From positions 194,605-258,604 of the forward strand of contig CALNZV010000007.1 in the NCBI GenBank assembly GCA_942491115.1: 64,000 nucleotides of DNA, read 5' to 3'. This DNA is from an uncultured Desulfobacteraceae bacterium. Lineage in GTDB: Bacteria; Desulfobacterota; Desulfobacteria; Desulfobacterales; UBA5852. A model generated the notes under the pieces. It was not told the DNA's origin. It did no database searches and saw only the letters and a list, made by a program, of their open reading frames with translations. Positions 59,756-64,000 of the stretch are shown here, piece after piece; the stretch's first letter is position 1, and each line of letters begins with the position of its first letter. Made by a program: the position numbers and the translations under genes.

Positions 59756-60757
59756 ATGATCGACTGGATAACCGGATTTCTCGTTCTCACCGCTAAACTG
59801 GGGGTCGTCCTCGTGGTTCTTCTCCTCGTGGCGGCTTACCTGGTGCTGATCGAGAGGAAACTTCTGGCAAGGCTTCAGATTCGCTACGGCCCCAACCGTG
59901 CCGGGCCTTTCGGCCTCTTTCAGCCCATTGCGGACGGCATCAAACTGATCGCCAAGGAAGACATCGTTCCCGAAATGGCCGACCGCATGATTTTCCTGCT
60001 GGCGCCAGCCGTCGTGACGGTGACGGCTCTTCTCATGTTTGCGGTGGTTCCCTTTGGCGAGGACATCACCCTTTTCGGCCGGCAGGTACCCTTGGTGATA
60101 TCGGATCTCAACGTGGGGCTCCTGTTCGTCTTCGCCCTGTCGTCCCTGGGGGTCTACGGCGTTGCTTTAGGCGGCTGGGCTTCCAACTCCAAATTCAGCC
60201 TGCTGGGGGGAATTCGCGGGGCCGCCCAGATGATCAGCTACGAACTGTCAATCGGGCTGTCCCTGGTTCCCATTGTCATGCTGGCGGGTTCCTTCAGCCT
60301 GGTGGACATCGTCAACGCCCAGGCCCGCTATCCGTATATTCTTATCCAGCCCGTGTCCTTTGTGATTTTTTTTCTTAGTGCCATGGCCGAAAGCAAACGG
60401 ATCCCCTTCGATCTTCCCGAGGCCGAAAATGAGTTAGGCGCCGGATTTCATACCGAATACAGTGGCATGCGCTTCGGCATGTTTTTTTTGGGGGAGTACG
60501 TTCACATGCAGGTGCTCGGGGCATTGCTCGCCGTCTTCTTTTTAGGGGGATGGCGGGGGCCCCTGCTGCCGGCACCGGTCTGGCTCTTCATCAAGATTAT
60601 CATCGTCTCCCTGGTCATGATCTGGATTCGGGGCACCCTTCCCCGTCTTCGATACGACCAGCTCATGGCCCTGGGATGGAAGGTGCTGGTGCCCGCGTCT
60701 CTCTTCAACATTCTGGCGACCGGAGCTGGCATCCTGCTTTTCGGGGGGCCGTCATGA
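59756..60757 (+). CDS. nuoH: NADH-quinone oxidoreductase subunit H
   Basis: LIERKLLARLQIRYGPNRAGPFGLFQPIADGIKL and PFDLPEAENELGAGFHTEYSGM. Confidence 0.95.
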   Translation: MIDWITGFLVLTAKLGVVLVVLLLVAAYLVLIERKLLARLQIRYGPNRAGPFGLFQPIADGIKLIAKEDIVPEMADRMIFLLAPAVVTVTALLMFAVVPFGEDITLFGRQVPLVISDLNVGLLFVFALSSLGVYGVALGGWASNSKFSLLGGIRGAAQMISYELSIGLSLVPIVMLAGSFSLVDIVNAQARYPYILIQPVSFVIFFLSAMAESKRIPFDLPEAENELGAGFHTEYSGMRFGMFFLGEYVHMQVLGALLAVFFLGGWRGPLLPAPVWLFIKIIIVSLVMIWIRGTLPRLRYDQLMALGWKVLVPASLFNILATGAGILLFGGPS

Positions 60758-61290
60758 TCTCTCTATTCAACGATCTGAAGGCTCTGGCCGAAGGCTTTGC
60801 CACCACCTTCAGGCACCTGTTTCGAAAACCGATTACCGAACAGTATCCCGAATACAAACGGCCCCTGCCCGAGCGGTCGAGGGCCATCATCGTCCTGACC
60901 CGGGATCCGGACGGCAGGGAGCGATGTGTGGCATGCTATCTGTGCTCGGCGGCATGCCCCGTCAGCTGCATCTCCATGCAGTCCGAGGAGGGGCCCCACG
61001 GCAGGCGGCAGGCCGCTTGGTTCCGGATCAACTTCGCCCGGTGCATCTACTGCGGTCTCTGTGAGGAAGCCTGTCCCACATCGGCCATCCAGCTAACACC
61101 GAGCTTTGAAAATTGCCGGCGGGACATCCTCCACTTCGTCTATGAAAAGGAAGACCTGCTGGTCGATCACGGGGGCAAAGACAAGGACTACAATTTCTAC
61201 CGGCATGCCGGCGTGGTGAGCGATGTGGGCCGCAAAGGCGAACACATCCAGGAAGACCGGCCGGTCAACATCCGCAGCAATATGCCCTGA
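60754..61290 (+). CDS. nuoI: NADH-quinone oxidoreductase subunit I
   Basis: Two 4Fe-4S motifs, CVACYLCSAACP and CIYCGLCEEACP. ATGA overlap with nuoH. Confidence 0.93.
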   Translation: MISLFNDLKALAEGFATTFRHLFRKPITEQYPEYKRPLPERSRAIIVLTRDPDGRERCVACYLCSAACPVSCISMQSEEGPHGRRQAAWFRINFARCIYCGLCEEACPTSAIQLTPSFENCRRDILHFVYEKEDLLVDHGGKDKDYNFYRHAGVVSDVGRKGEHIQEDRPVNIRSNMP

Positions 61291-61298
61291 AGGCGCCC

Positions 61299-61826
61299 AT
61301 GAATTCATTTTCGCTGATATTTTATGTGCTGGCCGCCCTGATACTGGCCACCACCGCCATGGCCGTGACCCGGAGAAATTTGATCCATGCGGTGCTCTAC
61401 CTCATCCTCTCTTTTTTCGGCTCCGCCCTGATGTTCTACCTCTTCGGCGCCCCTCTGCTGGCCATGCTGGAAATTATCATCTATGCGGGGGCCATCATGA
61501 TCCTCTTTTTGTTCATCGTGATGATGCTCCGGGTGGACGAAACCCAAGAGCCCCTTTTCCCGACCAGTCAATGGGTCCCGGCGGCGATCATGGCCGCCGG
61601 CTACCTGGCGGTGGTCTTCTCAATCGGCAGCATCGAAAGCACCCGGACCGATGTCCTGACGCCGGCCGTCGCCTTGCCCAAAGCCTTCGGGCTGCACCTG
61701 TTCAAGACCCACTGGCTGTCCATCGAAATCGTATCCTACCTCTTGCTGGTCGCCTTGGTGGGCGCCTTGTTTCTGGGCATCAATTCGGGCAGGAGGGGAC
61801 ACACCGGGGGGAGGAACGGATCATGA
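61299..61826 (+). CDS. nuoJ: NADH-quinone oxidoreductase subunit J
   Basis: AVTRRNLIHAVLYLILSFFGSALMFYLFGAPLLAMLEIIIYAGAIMILFLFIVMM. Confidence 0.9.
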   Translation: MNSFSLIFYVLAALILATTAMAVTRRNLIHAVLYLILSFFGSALMFYLFGAPLLAMLEIIIYAGAIMILFLFIVMMLRVDETQEPLFPTSQWVPAAIMAAGYLAVVFSIGSIESTRTDVLTPAVALPKAFGLHLFKTHWLSIEIVSYLLLVALVGALFLGINSGRRGHTGGRNGS

Positions 61827-62125
61827 GCGTACCTTTCAATCATGTGCTGATTCTGTCGGCCCTGTTGTTTCTGATGGGCATGGGGTGTGCGGTCTGCCGG
61901 CGAAACCTCATCATGATCCTCCTCGGAGTGGAAATCATGCTCAATGCCGCATCAGTGCTTTTTGTGGGCGCGGCACTGCTCCACCAGGAAATGAGCGGCC
62001 AGGCCTTTGTTATCTTTATCATGGCCATTGCCGCAGCCGAGGTTTCGGTTGGGCTGGCCTTGATCGTGGCCCTGTATCGTCGGAAGGCTTCCATGGACCC
62101 GGCTGACTATAATCTCTTGAGATAG
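61823..62125 (+). CDS. nuoK: NADH-quinone oxidoreductase subunit K
   Basis: 100-aa 3-TM protein, RRNLIMILLGVEIMLNAASV...AAAEVSVGLALIV. Only the last 303 nt of the long track ORF 61223-62125 are used. Confidence 0.93.
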   Translation: MSVPFNHVLILSALLFLMGMGCAVCRRNLIMILLGVEIMLNAASVLFVGAALLHQEMSGQAFVIFIMAIAAAEVSVGLALIVALYRRKASMDPADYNLLR

Positions 62126-62145
62126 CGAACGGATAAGCGATCCCC

Positions 62146-64000
62146 ATGACACCGCCCCCAATACCCATGAGCTCGCTGGCAGCGGCTATCCTGACGGCGC
62201 TGCCGCCCCTGGTGGCCTTCGGCGTCATCATGGTGTTCCTGAGGACGCGCCCCAAGGCTGCCGCCGCCACCTCCCTTTGCGGGGCAACCCTGTCCCTGGC
62301 GAGTGCTCTCTTTCTTCTCCTGACTCACTGGGACGCCCCATCGCCCCTGGTGTCGACGTCCCGTTGGCTGACCTCAGGGACGTTCACCCTTCCGGTGGGG
62401 GTTCTGCTGGATCCGGCCAGTCTTTTGATGCTGTTTGTGGTGACATTGATCTGTTTTCTGGTGCAGACCTACTCCATCGGTTACATGGCCGGTGACCCCG
62501 GTTTCGGGAGATATTTCGCCTACATGTCCCTGTTTGAATGGGCCATGACGAGTATGACCCTCTCCCCTACCCTTCTTCAACTCTACGTGTTCTGGGAACT
62601 GGTGGGACTGGCCTCCTATCTGCTGATCGGTTTCTGGTTCGAAAAATTCAGCGCCAGCGAAGCCGGGAAGAAAGCCTTTGTCATGACCCGCCTGGGAGAC
62701 GTGGCCTTTTTTCTGGGACTCCTCCTGGTGCTGTTCAGCCTCGGCAACGTCAATATCCTCGACATGAACCGGCCGGAGACCTTTCACCGAATGCCCATGG
62801 AGAGGCTCACCCTGGCATCCCTGCTGATCTTCGGGGGCGTGATGGGCAAAAGCGCCCAGTTTCCTTTGCTCACCTGGCTTCCCGACGCCATGGAGGGACC
62901 CACGCCGGTAAGCGCTCTCCTTCACTCGGCCACCATGGTGGCGGCCGGCGTATTTCTGTTCGCCCGCCTGTTTCCCTTCTTCAGCCTCTCGCCCACCACC
63001 ATGGGAGTGTGCCTCGCCATCGGCACCATCAGCATGCTCTTGTCTTCCACCATGGCCATGGTCGCCCGGGACATCAAACAGGTGTGGGCCTATTCCACCA
63101 TCAGCCAGCTGGGATTCATGATCATGGGACTGGCAGCCGGCGGCTATACGGCCGGGATTTTTCATCTGACCACCCACGCCTTTTTCAAGGCGCTTCTATT
63201 CTTGTGTTCGGGCGTCTTCATTCACGCATACGGCACCAACGACATGACGGAAATCGGCCGCAGGGGGGGGCGGGGGCTCCGCATTCCGATGCTGTGCATG
63301 GGTGTTGGGGCGGGGGCTCTGGCCGGACTCCCCCCCCTATCGGGCTTCTTCAGTAAAGAGCTCATCATGGGAACCCTGGCCGACCTGGACAACCCCCTGT
63401 GGCTCGGTGCCGGATTGCTGGGGGCCTTTCTTACCGCCTACTACACCTTCCGGCTGATCTTTTTCATCGCCTTCCCGTCGATCCTCGAGGAGGGAACCAC
63501 CGGGCATCAGGGGCACGAACATGATCACGGGGCGCCCGCCTGGGCGATGTCGGCCCCCCTGCTTCTCCTGGCCGGCCTCACCCTGATCGTCGGTTTCGGT
63601 CAATCCGCCATTGAGCGGTTCCTGCTCATGGGAGCCACCCCCCACGCTGGAGGGCACCACGGGTGGCTGCCCTATACTGCTGTGGGGTTGGCCCTGGGCG
63701 GCATCCTGATCGCCTGGATCGAGTTCGGGCGCCAGGGGGCGGCCCGGATCGGTTTTGTGGAACGGATGCCGGCGATCGAGTCGCTGTTTGCCAACCGATG
63801 GTACATGGACCGCTTCTGGCGCTGGTTTCTGGACATCGTGATCTACCGCATTCTTTCACGGACATGCACCAACAACGACCGAAAGGTCATCGACCGGGGT
63901 ATCGACGGGATGGGCTCAGGAACCATCAGGACCGGTCATCTGATGTCCCGGCTCCAGAATTCGATGTTTCAGTACCGGTTGGTCATGATGTTCCTGGTGA
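62146..64000 (+). CDS. nuoL: NADH-quinone oxidoreductase subunit L (3' end outside window)
   Basis: Frame 1 is open from the ATG at 62146 to the window end. LYVFWELVGLASYLLIGFWF, QFPLLTWLPDAMEGPTPVSALLHSATMVAAGVFL. Absent from the ORF track because no stop lies in the window. Confidence 0.9.
   Translation, partial: MTPPPIPMSSLAAAILTALPPLVAFGVIMVFLRTRPKAAAATSLCGATLSLASALFLLLTHWDAPSPLVSTSRWLTSGTFTLPVGVLLDPASLLMLFVVTLICFLVQTYSIGYMAGDPGFGRYFAYMSLFEWAMTSMTLSPTLLQLYVFWELVGLASYLLIGFWFEKFSASEAGKKAFVMTRLGDVAFFLGLLLVLFSLGNVNILDMNRPETFHRMPMERLTLASLLIFGGVMGKSAQFPLLTWLPDAMEGPTPVSALLHSATMVAAGVFLFARLFPFFSLSPTTMGVCLAIGTISMLLSSTMAMVARDIKQVWAYSTISQLGFMIMGLAAGGYTAGIFHLTTHAFFKALLFLCSGVFIHAYGTNDMTEIGRRGGRGLRIPMLCMGVGAGALAGLPPLSGFFSKELIMGTLADLDNPLWLGAGLLGAFLTAYYTFRLIFFIAFPSILEEGTTGHQGHEHDHGAPAWAMSAPLLLLAGLTLIVGFGQSAIERFLLMGATPHAGGHHGWLPYTAVGLALGGILIAWIEFGRQGAARIGFVERMPAIESLFANRWYMDRFWRWFLDIVIYRILSRTCTNNDRKVIDRGIDGMGSGTIRTGHLMSRLQNSMFQYRLVMMFLV

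Noticed and set aside
61223-62125. 300-aa ORF spanning nuoJ and nuoK
   Set aside because: Its first two-thirds is an out-of-frame read-through of nuoJ. Only the last 100 codons (from the ATG at 61823) correspond to NuoK.
37339-63865. Further long shadow ORFs (37339-38793 +, 40953-42236 +, 43707-44702 -, 53965-55020 -, 54006-55187 +, 55934-57100 -, 62374-63177 -)
   Set aside because: Same reasoning: they overlap the hybrid kinase, MetK-like, ATPase and nuo genes, which have clear motifs in another frame or strand.

Overview
64-kb chromosomal window from a GC-rich bacterium. Gene content (fused nuoBCD, many PAS/HAMP/PP2C signalling proteins) weakly suggests a Desulfobacterota-type anaerobe. 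There are three blocks.

(1) 1-8.95 kb is intact housekeeping: histidine kinase 3' end, tsaD, purM, an aminotransferase, hom, thrH-like, hldE and DUF167. It ends in an initiator-type tRNA-Met with a terminator.

(2) ~8.95-25 kb is an AT-richer accessory island next to that tRNA.
- It opens with ~2.2 kb of poly-G and purine-only sequence, which is most likely a sequencing or assembly artefact.
- An IS110-family element sits precisely inside the terminal inverted repeat (TIR) of a ~0.63-kb TIR-bounded element. That element carries an internally deleted Y1-transposase/DnaA-HTH gene. It is present as 3 copies, two of them head-to-tail, plus a corrupted fragment.
- The rest is a graveyard of conflict-system genes: a degraded RHS locus with orphan toxin/immunity cassettes, a disrupted SMODS-SLATT pair, pentapeptide-TIR pseudogenes and a multiply disrupted TIR-TM-FGE gene.
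- One large ORF is intact: a wHTH-HNH-HIT fusion.

(3) 25-64 kb holds mixed accessory and core genes.
- An orphan sensor kinase, a PG-binding muramidase and a secreted lectin-like protein.
- An amino-acid binding protein, a PLP decarboxylase, a HAMP-PP2C phosphatase and a CBS-PAS hybrid kinase.
- A tightly coupled six-gene minus-strand operon: DUF5132-like, HMA-like 2TM protein, P2-type ATPase with an HMA-like N-terminus, divergent MetK-like, ParA-like, and a 64-aa tail-anchored basic protein. I consider this the best candidate for an undescribed system.
- PiT/DUF47, a beta-propeller protein, LemA-TPM-TPM, and nuoA-BCD-E-F-G-H-I-J-K-L (nuoL runs off the window).

No rRNA and no CRISPR array were seen. 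All homology calls come from reading the translations by eye; nothing was searched or computed.
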